Shown here one piece after another: positions 1 through 9,398 of a DNA stretch of 58,553 nucleotides (position 1 is its first letter; the number at the start of each line of letters is the position of its first letter). A program made the translations under genes and the position numbers. A model generated the notes under the pieces. That model saw only the letters and a program-made list of their open reading frames with translations. It was not told the origin of the DNA and did no database searches. Source of the stretch: Methanobacteriota archaeon (GTDB lineage: Archaea > Thermoplasmatota > Poseidoniia > Poseidoniales > Thalassarchaeaceae); the NCBI GenBank assembly GCA_029977385.1, contig JAPOKZ010000003.1:1-58553 (forward strand), given 5' to 3'.

Positions 1-259
1 CCCCAATTGGGTTGTAGCATCATTATTTCTTATTGTACTCACTAATGTGAGGCCTCTGGTGTCCAGGCATATCAATTCTGGTTTCTCGGGCCACTACGTC
101 TCCCCGCAGGGCGCAGCAGCCTCAACCACTTACCCCGATAGGCAATCTATCAGAGCGCACAAAGCAGGCTTGCGACCAACCTATGGTATTTGAACAAGAC
201 GGGAGACTCTCCACATCTGATAATACAGAACAATGATGTAAACTAATCATATGTTGGCG

Positions 260-472
260 TTATGGTGCATGATTTATGCCATAAGGTATACGTATTATTT
301 TCTTATCATTGGGAGCATAATCAATCCCATATGGGAGATCGAAATCTATCTTGCTGATGTCCCCTTCATGGTTCTCAAAGACAGTTTGATTATGTCCACA
401 GGCCGGGCATATTCCGATTTGACGAAGCCCCATCCCGCAGACACTACATGAAGTGTTGACTGGCTCTACCAC
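260..472 (-). CDS. small zinc-ribbon protein (hypothetical)
   Basis: This is a 70-codon ORF with a GTG start 7 nt downstream of the permease stop. It contains a CxxC...CxxC signature (CSVCG...CPACG). No family was recognised. The overlapping plus-strand ORF 251-451 looks non-protein-like. Confidence 0.35.
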   Translation of the reverse strand: MVEPVNTSCSVCGMGLRQIGICPACGHNQTVFENHEGDISKIDFDLPYGIDYAPNDKKIIRIPYGINHAP

Positions 473-479
473 TAGTTAC

Positions 480-2090
480 TCACTCCAACTCATAATCAAT
501 TTTCGACTCTCTGGGCGGAGGTCCATAGATCATTGGAGTTAGCGATAAAGATGCTATCATCATAGCCCCAATGATAGCCGCTGGAATAATTCCATTATCC
601 CATTGTATTGCATATCTGACTACACAGTAAACTGTAGCCAGTGCTACGCTCAGAAGCATGATTGGGTATCCTGTTTTGAAGAATCTATTGAATGATATGT
701 CATAACCTGATTCCTCGGCGAGTCCGGCAGCGACCACGTTGGCAGATGCACCGATTATGGTGCCATTCCCGCCCAAGCAAGCCCCTAGTGCCAATGCCCA
801 TGCTAGAGGGGCAAGTTCCAATCCCAATTCTGGATCTTCTGCCAGTTTGATTACGACCGGAACCATGGTAGCAGTGTATGGTATGTTGTCAATAAACGCA
901 GAGGCGATAGCGGATACCCATAGTAGTAGAAGTACCGATACCATGAGTCGGTTTTGCTCTGAGGCCCCCTTTATCGTATCCGAAATTCCGTCGGCTATGG
1001 TGTCAATCATTCCCATGTTCTCAAGGCCATGAATCATAATAAACAAGCCTGCAAAGAAAATTATTGTTGTCCATTCAACCGCATCCAGTTGTTCCTCTAC
1101 GTGATGTGGCGATGTGACCAAGAGCATTAGAACGGCACCACCGATCGCTATTGTGGCGACTGTGAGAAGAGGGTGGTGAAATGCAGAGTGAGCGAAGAAT
1201 GCGATGATTACCAATGCCAATATCGCACCTGATTTCTTTAGTAATTGGATATCCTTGATGCCATATCTAAGCCTCAGTAAATCGACGTTTCGATGTTTCT
1301 CCCCCGATAGACCAGTAGATTCCAATTTGGATAACAGCCAGAAGGAAGGTGCCATTGCAATTACCACTGCAGGTCCTACATGGATGATGAAATCTATGAA
1401 CGTGATTCCCTGATTTGCTATGCCTGTATCGGATAGAGCCTGTGAAGATAGTTGGGCGCCGATGATAATATTCGGAGGGTCCCCGATTTGTGTTGCTGCC
1501 CCCCCGATATTGGAAAACATCACTTCTGCGATAATTAATGGGACTGGTTCCAAGTCTAGGACCTTGGCTATCTGAATAGTTACTGGGACGATCAGTAAAA
1601 TTGTTGTTACATTGTCAAGGAATGCTGAAAATACAGCTGTTATCGTACAGAGTATGACTGAAAGTCTCCAAACAGATCCCCCACTAAGGGCATAGGCCTG
1701 TACGGCAGCCCACTCGAAAATCCCTGTTTTTCCGAGTATGTCAACTATTACCATCATACCGATCAATAGTCCAATTGTTTCCTCGTCTATCCATGTCACT
1801 ACTGTTCCGAGGTCCGGCCCATCGCCGATGAAGTGTAGAGTCACAACAGCCGCGACTCCACCTAGAGCAGCAGCAAGAGCCCTGTGTACGACTTCGAAAA
1901 TAATTAGCGTGTATACGGCTATTAGAATGGCGAAAGATGCAGGGACTGCCCAACTCGGCATCTCTGGAGGTTCCCATATTCCAGAGTTAGATGAAGCGGC
2001 TATTACCGATGGCATCAAGATAGTTAGTAGTAAAAAGATGTAGGCTGCCAAAGTAATCGGACCTCGGACTGCCCCCCTGAAGATGTTCAT
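480..2090 (-). CDS. ArsB/NhaD-superfamily (citrate-transporter/YbiR-like) ion permease
   Basis: Polytopic membrane protein. Motifs DNVTTILLIVPV and GGAATQIGDPPNIIIG are typical of this permease superfamily. The ORF track extends to an ATG at 2156, but the ATG at 2090 (MNIFRG...) has a G-rich SD-like stretch upstream and avoids a 35-nt overlap with the upstream gene. Confidence 0.8.
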   Translation of the reverse strand: MNIFRGAVRGPITLAAYIFLLLTILMPSVIAASSNSGIWEPPEMPSWAVPASFAILIAVYTLIIFEVVHRALAAALGGVAAVVTLHFIGDGPDLGTVVTWIDEETIGLLIGMMVIVDILGKTGIFEWAAVQAYALSGGSVWRLSVILCTITAVFSAFLDNVTTILLIVPVTIQIAKVLDLEPVPLIIAEVMFSNIGGAATQIGDPPNIIIGAQLSSQALSDTGIANQGITFIDFIIHVGPAVVIAMAPSFWLLSKLESTGLSGEKHRNVDLLRLRYGIKDIQLLKKSGAILALVIIAFFAHSAFHHPLLTVATIAIGGAVLMLLVTSPHHVEEQLDAVEWTTIIFFAGLFIMIHGLENMGMIDTIADGISDTIKGASEQNRLMVSVLLLLWVSAIASAFIDNIPYTATMVPVVIKLAEDPELGLELAPLAWALALGACLGGNGTIIGASANVVAAGLAEESGYDISFNRFFKTGYPIMLLSVALATVYCVVRYAIQWDNGIIPAAIIGAMMIASLSLTPMIYGPPPRESKIDYELE

Positions 2091-2121
2091 AATGGGCCCC
2101 CCGATTGAATGAATATGAAGA

Positions 2122-2403
2122 CTACTGGCCGGGAGTCCTCCAAAAGACTGCAACATTACCTCTTTGAAAGATTACAGAAGAGTTAGATTCTTCCGCAATA
2201 CTTGAGAAAATCTGCGTCCTATTCTCCTTATTCGATGCGAGTCCTTTGTTTATTTTGAGTTTGACAACTGTCCTTTTTTGTAATTGGCTCTCCAATTCAG
2301 AAATCAAACGTTCATTCACTCCATCTTTACCGATTCTAATGGAGACTTCTAATGAGTCACTTTTTGCTAATTTAATCATATGCGAAGGTGGTTCTTTCTT
2401 CAT
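2122..2403 (-). CDS. YhbY/CRM-domain RNA-binding protein
   Basis: The 93-aa product contains IGKDGVNERLISELESQLQKRTVVKLKI and a ...GNVAVFWR tail. These align with the YhbY pattern (IGKnGlt...E...L..h.liKvKi ... G..lvlyR). Confidence 0.8.
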   Translation of the reverse strand: MKKEPPSHMIKLAKSDSLEVSIRIGKDGVNERLISELESQLQKRTVVKLKINKGLASNKENRTQIFSSIAEESNSSVIFQRGNVAVFWRTPGQ

Positions 2404-2416
2404 CAGTAATCACCAT

Positions 2417-2728
2417 CTAAACATAGACCTCACGACTTACCCTACCGCACCTAAGGCACGTCCTGAAAATAACTTTTGACGTAACCCTAATCCTAGATGA
2501 TTGTCCCGGAATTAGCGATTTCTTACAGGACCGACAAATCATTCTCTTCACATTCCTGCTAGACCTTTTTCCGTGCTTTTTTCCTATCGCCAAAATGTGC
2601 CTAGCTGCAGTATCAGAGATTAGTGAATTTCTAGCCATGGATTTTTCGAAAATTTTCTCAAGAAAATCTATCGATTCCTGGGCATGTTCGGTTTTATTAG
2701 ACCTTATTCGCCTGCTCCGTCTAACCAT
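2417..2728 (-). CDS. rnp4: RNase P protein component 4 (Rpp21/Rpr2 family)
   Basis: The 103-aa basic protein has the zinc-ribbon signature RMICRSCKKSLIPGQSSRIRV...RTCLRCG. This is characteristic of archaeal Rpp21 (C..C...LIPG.n.RvR...TCl.CG). Confidence 0.85.
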   Translation of the reverse strand: MVRRSRRIRSNKTEHAQESIDFLEKIFEKSMARNSLISDTAARHILAIGKKHGKRSSRNVKRMICRSCKKSLIPGQSSRIRVTSKVIFRTCLRCGRVSREVYV

Positions 2729-2738
2729 TTTATCAACC

Positions 2739-3362
2739 TCAAAGGTGAGACAATATCTTAGAAATCGATTTCCCTACTTCTTCGATAGTCCCAGTTCCTT
2801 CGACTGTGTGTAGTATGCCCTTTTCCATGTACCAATCACCAAGTGGCTTTGTTTGCTCATGATAAGCGGATAGCCTCATCCTAACTGTTTCCTCGTTATC
2901 GTCCTTCCTCTGGATAAGGCGATGCTCGATATCCGGATGAGGAGGTTTGAAACTGACATGATAGATTTCACCGGTTTCAGGATCCATCCTCCTACCTACG
3001 ATCCTGTTTATTATGTGTTCATCGGGAACCTCAATGGATATGACGGCCGAGATTTCAGTTATTGACTCAAGAGCGTCTGCTTGAGGAATTGTTCTGGGAA
3101 ATCCATCGAATAAGACACCATGACTGGCGTCTGATTCTTTCAGCCTGTCCCTGATTAGTCCTATAATCACATTATCTGGAACTAGTTGACCGGCCTCCAT
3201 GTATTTCTTGGCCTCCAAACCGAGTTCTGTTCCTTGAGATAAGGCTGATCTAAGCATATCTCCAGTTGAAATCTGTGGCTTGGAAGTCAATTCTACGATC
3301 TTGTCAGCCTGGGTTCCCTTTCCTGCTCCTGGGGGTCCGAATAGCACTATTGAGCCTGTCAT
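2739..3362 (-). CDS. adk: adenylate kinase
   Basis: P-loop GPPGAGKGTQ, then ISTGDMLR, LFDGFPRT and a long LID segment lacking Cys (GRRMDPETGEIYH). Length is 207 aa. Confidence 0.95.
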   Translation of the reverse strand: MTGSIVLFGPPGAGKGTQADKIVELTSKPQISTGDMLRSALSQGTELGLEAKKYMEAGQLVPDNVIIGLIRDRLKESDASHGVLFDGFPRTIPQADALESITEISAVISIEVPDEHIINRIVGRRMDPETGEIYHVSFKPPHPDIEHRLIQRKDDNEETVRMRLSAYHEQTKPLGDWYMEKGILHTVEGTGTIEEVGKSISKILSHL

Positions 3363-3401
3363 TGATTTGTGGCACGAGGAGTTACAGAAAAATGAACCGG
3401 C

Positions 3402-6400
3402 TTAGGGGCCGTTCTGTTCCCACCATAGGTGGCCATATGCGACCCATTGTTCCATTGACCAGCCGTCGGGAAGCCCAGTTATTGGCAGGGGCATCGCTCC
3501 CTCGGGAACTTGATGGGTGGGCAGAGTTGGAGCAGTTGCCTGGAGCGTATCAATAATCTCTGACTCTGAGACCTCACCGGTTACGACATCCCCTGTGGTA
3601 GATGTGTCGAGGGCGGCCGCTCGTCTTTCCTCCTTAGTCCCTGCCTGTAGAGCGGATCCTCGTGGAATCAGTTCTTCATCGGAGCCGATTGGAGAGAGCT
3701 CCTGTCTGGCCCTAATTCCAAGTGAGACCAGAGCAGCCAATGCAAATACGAACATTATCGCTAGAGTCCAAGTTGGTAGGCCTAAAGTTTCGAATAATCC
3801 AGAAATGCCACCTTGATTAGAGGATTGGGATTTACTAATATCGACAACAAAAGATGAATTAGTCAAAGTTACCAAATTGTCTTGAGCTGTCGAGTTGGCG
3901 TAGAAACGCAACTGAGTAAGACCGTCCTCGGATGATTTTCTAGGACTTATTGAAACTATGATTTCATAATGATTGCCAGATTCTAATTCCTCTGCAGGCC
4001 ACTGATAGTTCACCGTCCAACCATCAAGATCTTCATGGCTGATATATATCGGAGATTTCGTATTACCCTTGTTTTGCACTTGCAAAACAAGAGAGGCGCC
4101 CTCTCCTTCTGCTATTCCCTGAATACTGGAGGTTTCGGATTGAATTTCCAACCAAACTGAGGGTAGGACCATTACATCCATCTCCAGTGTGATTGTTTCT
4201 GTAGAGAGGCTGGGCGATGTCGATTCAATGATTACTGGAACCTTCTCCACTAGAATCCCTGAAGGAGTTCCGCTTGGCAGCTGCAGAGCGATATTAACTA
4301 AAGAGTCCCGGTTCATATCCATGGAGAAAGTACTGCCCGTCAAGAACCCGCCAGACCAACCGTCAGGAAGAGTTCCCAGGGTGAGTTCAATCAACAGAGG
4401 TACGTTTCCCGAATTATGGAGGAAAATATTGGCATTCCCGTCACGTCCCAGTGAGATTTGGAATCCTTCGTCTGCCTGCACATCTAGAGTTGTGACCTCT
4501 TTAACTTCCAGAACTGTAGCATTAGTGACGATATTATCATCCAAGGTAGTCTTGATAGTCACGGTATTCTTGTCCCCTCTTTCAGAAGCTAAGGGAACAA
4601 TAGTCCTGATTATTATTCTAGATTCGGAACCAGGATCGATGGTGGTTTCGATGTTTGTGACCTCTCCTAAGGGGGGTTCTTCGTCGTACAAATAAACCTG
4701 AATTGGCCAAGTATTGCTGGATGACAATGCCCTTACGTCAAAATTTAGGGGAACGTTTCCCCTATTGGAAATTATTAGTATTGTAGAAATTGTATCCCCG
4801 TTTTGTACTGCGCGTGATTCAGTAATAGCAGCAGGCCCAAATTGGTTTCCTTCCATATCTGAAATCTGTGTAGAGAATGCCCTGCTCTCCAGAACTTCAA
4901 CTGTGGCAGTCTCGATGGTTTGTAGAGTGGGGTCATTAACTGAAGTTGTGATGCAAGTTACAAGATTTGTATCTCCTGAAAGTATGCCGGATGAGGATGG
5001 GGGGACCTTTACACGAATCGGCACTGGTACGAATTGTAGTCTACTAAGCGGACCTATTGTTACTTCGGGAGCCTGACTACTTCCGACGTTGACTATCCAT
5101 CTATCTTCAGTTTCACATGAAATACTGTATTCTGTAGGGCCATTGCCAATGTTCCTGACCGAGAGAGTGAATAGTGCGAATTTGTTTGGTTCTGCCCCTA
5201 GGTCTTCTGTCCCTGCAGGAACTGTGAATAGGCCCTCGACCCTATCTATATCCACAGAAAGTCGGACAGAATGAGAAATTGTTGGTGCCATCTTATCGTA
5301 TAGAATAAGGTCAGTCACGAAATGGCCAGGAAGGGCGAATCTGCTCTCTACATCAGCATCTTCGTCTGTGAGGTTAAGGGAAATTAGGACTCTGTCCCCG
5401 GACTCTCCCGATGGAGACAGGACCCATGGCCCTGAGTCACTCAGTGTCTCGGACCACTCATCCTGAGGAGATGACATGATTCCTGAATCGCCAATTTGCT
5501 GAACTGCTGAAATTGAAAGTTCTACTGTAGTCTCCGAAGTTCCCTCGTTAAGTAGCTCCAACTGGAAGTTTGCCCAGCTCTCAGTGCTTGGATTTATTTC
5601 TCGATTCCTAGCATCCTGAGTCTCCGCGAAATCTGTTGGCGTAGATCCATCTTCCATAAGTGGAATGATTCTGACTCCAATCTCTGTAACATTGAATTCT
5701 AAATCGAAGATGTTATTATTTGTCCCTATTGATTCATCGTTCAATTCATCCACTTGCGAAAGGTAATCAAGAGTGAGTCTGACCAAGTGAGTTCCTGTAG
5801 ACTGGAATGAGTGGTATATGGAGAATGTCTCGATCCCCCCTCCGGATAGTGAGGTCATTGAGTATGTCCCTATTTCATTTCCATCGGTCACATCCTCTAG
5901 TGATATCGAGTACTCGCCAGTTGGTGCTGTAGCCTGATTAATCCATGAAAGTTGCATGGAAATTGTATCCCCCTTCAGAGGGCTGGTTTCGGAGCTGAAA
6001 ATGGAGTTAGGAACTACTGTTAAGTCGGCCTCTTGTATTTCTATGGCGTTTGAAGAAACTACCAATGAGAAATCCTGAGAGAATCCTCCGGAATGTCCTA
6101 TCTTGACTGTCCAAATTCCTGATTCAGCAGAAGCGATTCTAACTCTCTCTAGGTTATTCAAATGGTCTATATTTCCACTAGACTGACTAAATCCGTTAGC
6201 GAAGTCGTTACCATTGAACTGCTCGCCCGAGGGTGATGTAACCACTAAGTCCAAATCGTTGACTAATCGACTTATATTCTGGTCTGCTGATGCGGAACCT
6301 TCCCTATCGTTCCAGGATAGTGTCGCATCAAGTCCGTTGTCCCCAGAGACTTCGAATGTGTAGATGAAACTATGACCCGGCAGAAGTTGTCGGTCTTGAT

Positions 6401-8165
6401 CCAAAAATAAGGATTGGTTGATTCCGTTACTTTGAGGAAATATGCTATTCGAGATGTTTAGTTGTCCCCAACCCTCCGTGGGGTTTGGTACATCCAATTC
6501 CCCAATATCTTCTGCTCCGTTTACGAGTAGTGCTCTGATTAGATTAGAGCTTGGGGACGTGATGCCGACTTCCTCTCTAAGGAATTGTCTTGCCATTGCT
6601 GAAGCACCAGCCACCACCGGAGCGGCCATTGAGCTTCCACTCAGAGTCATGTAGAGCGGGGTTGATCCATCCGAGTGAGTTGCCTGGGAGCAAGTCCCCC
6701 CTGTTGTAAGGCCTGCTTCTTGGGCCCTAGCAGAGCAGATCATTACTCCCGGCGCAACTAATTCAGGCTTTATTCGGCCATCAGAAGTAGGCCCTACCGA
6801 GGATTCGTTAGAGACATGTCCTGCTGTTTCAGAACCAAATGCACCTGTCGTAGAAGCACCGACTGTCAGAGAATTCTTTGCAGTACTCGGGGAAGTCACA
6901 CCTGAGTTTGCCATGTCTCCTGATGAGAATACTACTAACATCTCAGGATAGTCGTTTGCGAACAAATCAATTGACCTGGCATCTGAAGTATAGTCTCCGA
7001 CCAGACTCTCGCTTCCCCAACTATTTGTGTGAATATTGGCATCATTTAGGAAAGAGTGTTCGAACATATCGTAAAGGGAGCCCCAGCGAGCGAGAATGCC
7101 AGAACTATCGACTTCTAGCTGGTAGAAATGAAATGTCGCTTCAGGTACGATTCCCGTAGAATTTGAGTCCCCCGAGCCGTCTCCTAGTAGAGTTGCGGTG
7201 ACATGAGTCCCATGGCCACTATTGGAGTCAGCTCCAGAACTATCTGGACCAAACAAGTTGTAAATCGGATTTCTGAGACGGTTTCCGAAGTCCCCATGAT
7301 CGACATCAAGACCGGTGTCTGAAATTCCTATTACTTCCCCATCTCCTAGTAAATCTAATTGCGATATTGAACGTGCGTAATTGACCCCCGAGATGATACT
7401 AGCGTTTGAGTTATGAATTGTTAGAATGGGGCCCATCTCCACCTTTAGGACCCGATGATCTGTGGCAAGAAATGGTATTAGGGATGTTTTAGCAGATTTT
7501 ACCTTGCAAAGATGTTCGTCACATTGAGACTGCAAATATGATTCTCCCGATTTCTCATAAATATCCCTTTCAAGATTGGATAGTTCTTCTGGAGTGTTGG
7601 AAGAAGAAGGAGTGATGTCGAGATCAATTAGAGTTCCATCAAGTACCATCAACGGGAACAGTGACTGAGATATCTTCCACATTGCTGGAAGCTGTCCGAC
7701 CCACCTGACCTGGTCCAATTCTTGGATAATAGAAATTTGGGCGCTTTCTCTTTCTGGGGTAATGCTAATCACTACAGAATCATCTGGAAAATGATCAATG
7801 ATCTGAATGCCAAGAGAAATTAGCAAGTCTTCTAATTCCTGTAAGTCTGAACTACTAGACTGTACGATGAATAGTCTTCCGTCATTAGGTTCGGAGAGTC
7901 CGGTCCTTTCCCATGGCCCTAGGGGCAAGGATTCAGTTAGAGGATCGAATTTCCCGAATGGTGAATGTATCAATCCGGTTGTATTACTAACTGGATAATC
8001 ACTAATCGATGGGTTCTGAAGGACTATCCAGTTATTTTCGGATATATTTGCTGAGGGCATTGATATTACTCTTTCTTCATCAATTCTGTCCAAAGAAATT
8101 GTAGATGAAACGGGTAAAAATAAAATCAATGAAATTGCGAAGTAAACTGCTTTTACAGAAGTCAT
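3402..8165 (-). CDS. giant secreted subtilisin-like serine protease (peptidase S8) with long beta-sandwich stalk, C-terminal TM anchor and cytoplasmic tail
   Basis: - N-terminal signal peptide, followed by an I9-like propeptide.
- Catalytic triad motifs: ISDTGLDVDH (Asp codon 7317-7319), GHGTHV (His codon 7212-7214) and SGSSMAAP (Ser codon 6630-6632).
- About 1000 aa of repeated CARDB/Ig-like beta-sandwich sequence.
- TM helix PTWTLAIMFVFALAALVSLGI (3712-3777), then a tail of about 100 aa. Confidence 0.9.
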   Translation of the reverse strand: MTSVKAVYFAISLILFLPVSSTISLDRIDEERVISMPSANISENNWIVLQNPSISDYPVSNTTGLIHSPFGKFDPLTESLPLGPWERTGLSEPNDGRLFIVQSSSSDLQELEDLLISLGIQIIDHFPDDSVVISITPERESAQISIIQELDQVRWVGQLPAMWKISQSLFPLMVLDGTLIDLDITPSSSNTPEELSNLERDIYEKSGESYLQSQCDEHLCKVKSAKTSLIPFLATDHRVLKVEMGPILTIHNSNASIISGVNYARSISQLDLLGDGEVIGISDTGLDVDHGDFGNRLRNPIYNLFGPDSSGADSNSGHGTHVTATLLGDGSGDSNSTGIVPEATFHFYQLEVDSSGILARWGSLYDMFEHSFLNDANIHTNSWGSESLVGDYTSDARSIDLFANDYPEMLVVFSSGDMANSGVTSPSTAKNSLTVGASTTGAFGSETAGHVSNESSVGPTSDGRIKPELVAPGVMICSARAQEAGLTTGGTCSQATHSDGSTPLYMTLSGSSMAAPVVAGASAMARQFLREEVGITSPSSNLIRALLVNGAEDIGELDVPNPTEGWGQLNISNSIFPQSNGINQSLFLDQDRQLLPGHSFIYTFEVSGDNGLDATLSWNDREGSASADQNISRLVNDLDLVVTSPSGEQFNGNDFANGFSQSSGNIDHLNNLERVRIASAESGIWTVKIGHSGGFSQDFSLVVSSNAIEIQEADLTVVPNSIFSSETSPLKGDTISMQLSWINQATAPTGEYSISLEDVTDGNEIGTYSMTSLSGGGIETFSIYHSFQSTGTHLVRLTLDYLSQVDELNDESIGTNNNIFDLEFNVTEIGVRIIPLMEDGSTPTDFAETQDARNREINPSTESWANFQLELLNEGTSETTVELSISAVQQIGDSGIMSSPQDEWSETLSDSGPWVLSPSGESGDRVLISLNLTDEDADVESRFALPGHFVTDLILYDKMAPTISHSVRLSVDIDRVEGLFTVPAGTEDLGAEPNKFALFTLSVRNIGNGPTEYSISCETEDRWIVNVGSSQAPEVTIGPLSRLQFVPVPIRVKVPPSSSGILSGDTNLVTCITTSVNDPTLQTIETATVEVLESRAFSTQISDMEGNQFGPAAITESRAVQNGDTISTILIISNRGNVPLNFDVRALSSSNTWPIQVYLYDEEPPLGEVTNIETTIDPGSESRIIIRTIVPLASERGDKNTVTIKTTLDDNIVTNATVLEVKEVTTLDVQADEGFQISLGRDGNANIFLHNSGNVPLLIELTLGTLPDGWSGGFLTGSTFSMDMNRDSLVNIALQLPSGTPSGILVEKVPVIIESTSPSLSTETITLEMDVMVLPSVWLEIQSETSSIQGIAEGEGASLVLQVQNKGNTKSPIYISHEDLDGWTVNYQWPAEELESGNHYEIIVSISPRKSSEDGLTQLRFYANSTAQDNLVTLTNSSFVVDISKSQSSNQGGISGLFETLGLPTWTLAIMFVFALAALVSLGIRARQELSPIGSDEELIPRGSALQAGTKEERRAAALDTSTTGDVVTGEVSESEIIDTLQATAPTLPTHQVPEGAMPLPITGLPDGWSMEQWVAYGHLWWEQNGP

Positions 8166-8225
8166 TCGCTTTTCGGAGGCTAGGGCCTCTTTTGACTATT
8201 GACTATTTCCGGGCCACTCTGAATA

Positions 8226-9266
8226 TCATGTTGAGTAGTAAGTACTGATGGCTGAGTCTGTCTTTTCTACGGATTTTCTCCAGTCTTCTTCAACCCCCAT
8301 TAATGCCCTGATACAGTCTACGTTCTCAGGTATAACGTCGCTCTCTTGATGTATGGCTTGAAAGTAGTAAAGACGGTCTCCTACAAGTTTCACACCATCC
8401 TCCCAGACGAAAATTTCGTGCAAGTCTCCCCACTTCCTACCGATGTCCCTAGCCATCTCCATGACTTCTGCCGTAGTGGGAATTCTATCATCAGAACCAT
8501 TCATTATTATCACCCTGGGTGTATTTGACCACATGTCGATTATTGACTCAGTAGATAGGCCGTGCCCCTCTGGTAAATCAGCAATTATACAGTGAACGTG
8601 CATGATTGTAGTTGGGACTGCCACAGCCAGACTGTTGATCTCAATCTCGGGTTTTACAGTCATTACATCTGGGCCGTGATGACTGGGGACCTTGAGCACG
8701 GGCTTGATCGCATTTATGGGGCCCTTGCCGGAGTCTCCTGGATCGGCTGCTCTCCTAACCATTGTACACTCAACCTTCAATGATCCACAGTGCTCGAAAA
8801 GCGGGACAAGTGTCCGAGATAGGCCAGTAGTATTACAAGAAACAACCCTGGTTCCTTCTGCATTCATATTCTCCTTGTGATTTGCGGAAGAAGTGTAAGA
8901 TAGGCCTGTAAGGTCATGTTTTTCTCCTCCTTGGAAAATATGCTTTATCCCTACAGAGCGATATTTATCTAGATTCTCTGCACCCAATTTTCCAGGGGCG
9001 CAATCCACAACCACATCTGCGATAGAAAGTAAATCGGATATGCCTCCAAAGCACTCGTACCCCTTTTTCTCAAAGCGGTCTATTCTCTCCTGATCATCGA
9101 ATGTGCAGTATAGGGGGAAGCCTTTCTTTATTGCAAGTTCACAGCCGAAACTCGGACCAGTCTTGGTTACACCAATAACTTCCATGTCATCTTGTGCATC
9201 AACTGCATCGGCCACTCTCTTTCCTATAGTTCCAAATCCATTAATTGCCACTTTTATGGTTCCCAT
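8226..9266 (-). CDS. gap: archaeal type II glyceraldehyde-3-phosphate dehydrogenase
   Basis: N-terminal Rossmann motif KVAINGFGTIGKRVADAV and active-site VSCNTTGL. The length (346 aa) and overall pattern match archaeal phosphorylating GAPDH. Confidence 0.9.
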   Translation of the reverse strand: MGTIKVAINGFGTIGKRVADAVDAQDDMEVIGVTKTGPSFGCELAIKKGFPLYCTFDDQERIDRFEKKGYECFGGISDLLSIADVVVDCAPGKLGAENLDKYRSVGIKHIFQGGEKHDLTGLSYTSSANHKENMNAEGTRVVSCNTTGLSRTLVPLFEHCGSLKVECTMVRRAADPGDSGKGPINAIKPVLKVPSHHGPDVMTVKPEIEINSLAVAVPTTIMHVHCIIADLPEGHGLSTESIIDMWSNTPRVIIMNGSDDRIPTTAEVMEMARDIGRKWGDLHEIFVWEDGVKLVGDRLYYFQAIHQESDVIPENVDCIRALMGVEEDWRKSVEKTDSAISTYYST

Positions 9267-9398
9267 TATCGAATCCCCATGTTCTTGCCTATGGAGTTCC
9301 TACGTCTGAAGGATGCCTATGAACATAGCGAATTCGGGAAGAGTCAATAATGAGTCGCCTCCTTCTGATTACAGAGTATTACAAAGGGGAGGACCAAA

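Noticed and set aside
1-250. Unassigned edge segment containing a GC-rich stretch (about 85-180) and a CTCAC-taat-GTGAG hairpin (39-55). I considered tRNA, SRP (7S) RNA, RNase P RNA, 5S rRNA or a truncated CDS.
   Set aside because: I could not fold a cloverleaf and saw no T-loop GTTCGAATC-like box. There is no SRP helix-8 AGG/GNAR/AGCA arrangement and no RNase P CR-I or CR-V motifs. All six frames are interrupted by stops, apart from a ~25-codon open stretch at the very edge. A covariance-model scan (Rfam/Infernal, tRNAscan) would settle it.
251-451. Plus-strand 66-aa ORF overlapping the zinc-ribbon ORF.
   Set aside because: The product is Tyr/Ile-rich and low-complexity, with no motifs. The opposite-strand ORF has a CxxC...CxxC signature and sits in operon-like position after the permease gene.
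4189-5274. Plus-strand ORFs of 168, 120 and 61 aa inside the S8 giant gene. Similar ORFs lie at 3517-3816, 6442-6654, 6878-7159 and 7807-7998.
   Set aside because: They are antisense shadow ORFs within a well-supported 1587-aa CDS. Their products are Ser/Pro/Thr-rich and have no motifs.
8192-8205. Tandem TTGACTA-TTGACTA upstream of the S8 giant start.
   Set aside because: There are only two short copies in an AT-rich promoter-sized spacer. That is insufficient to call a regulatory element, though it may simply be part of the promoter.
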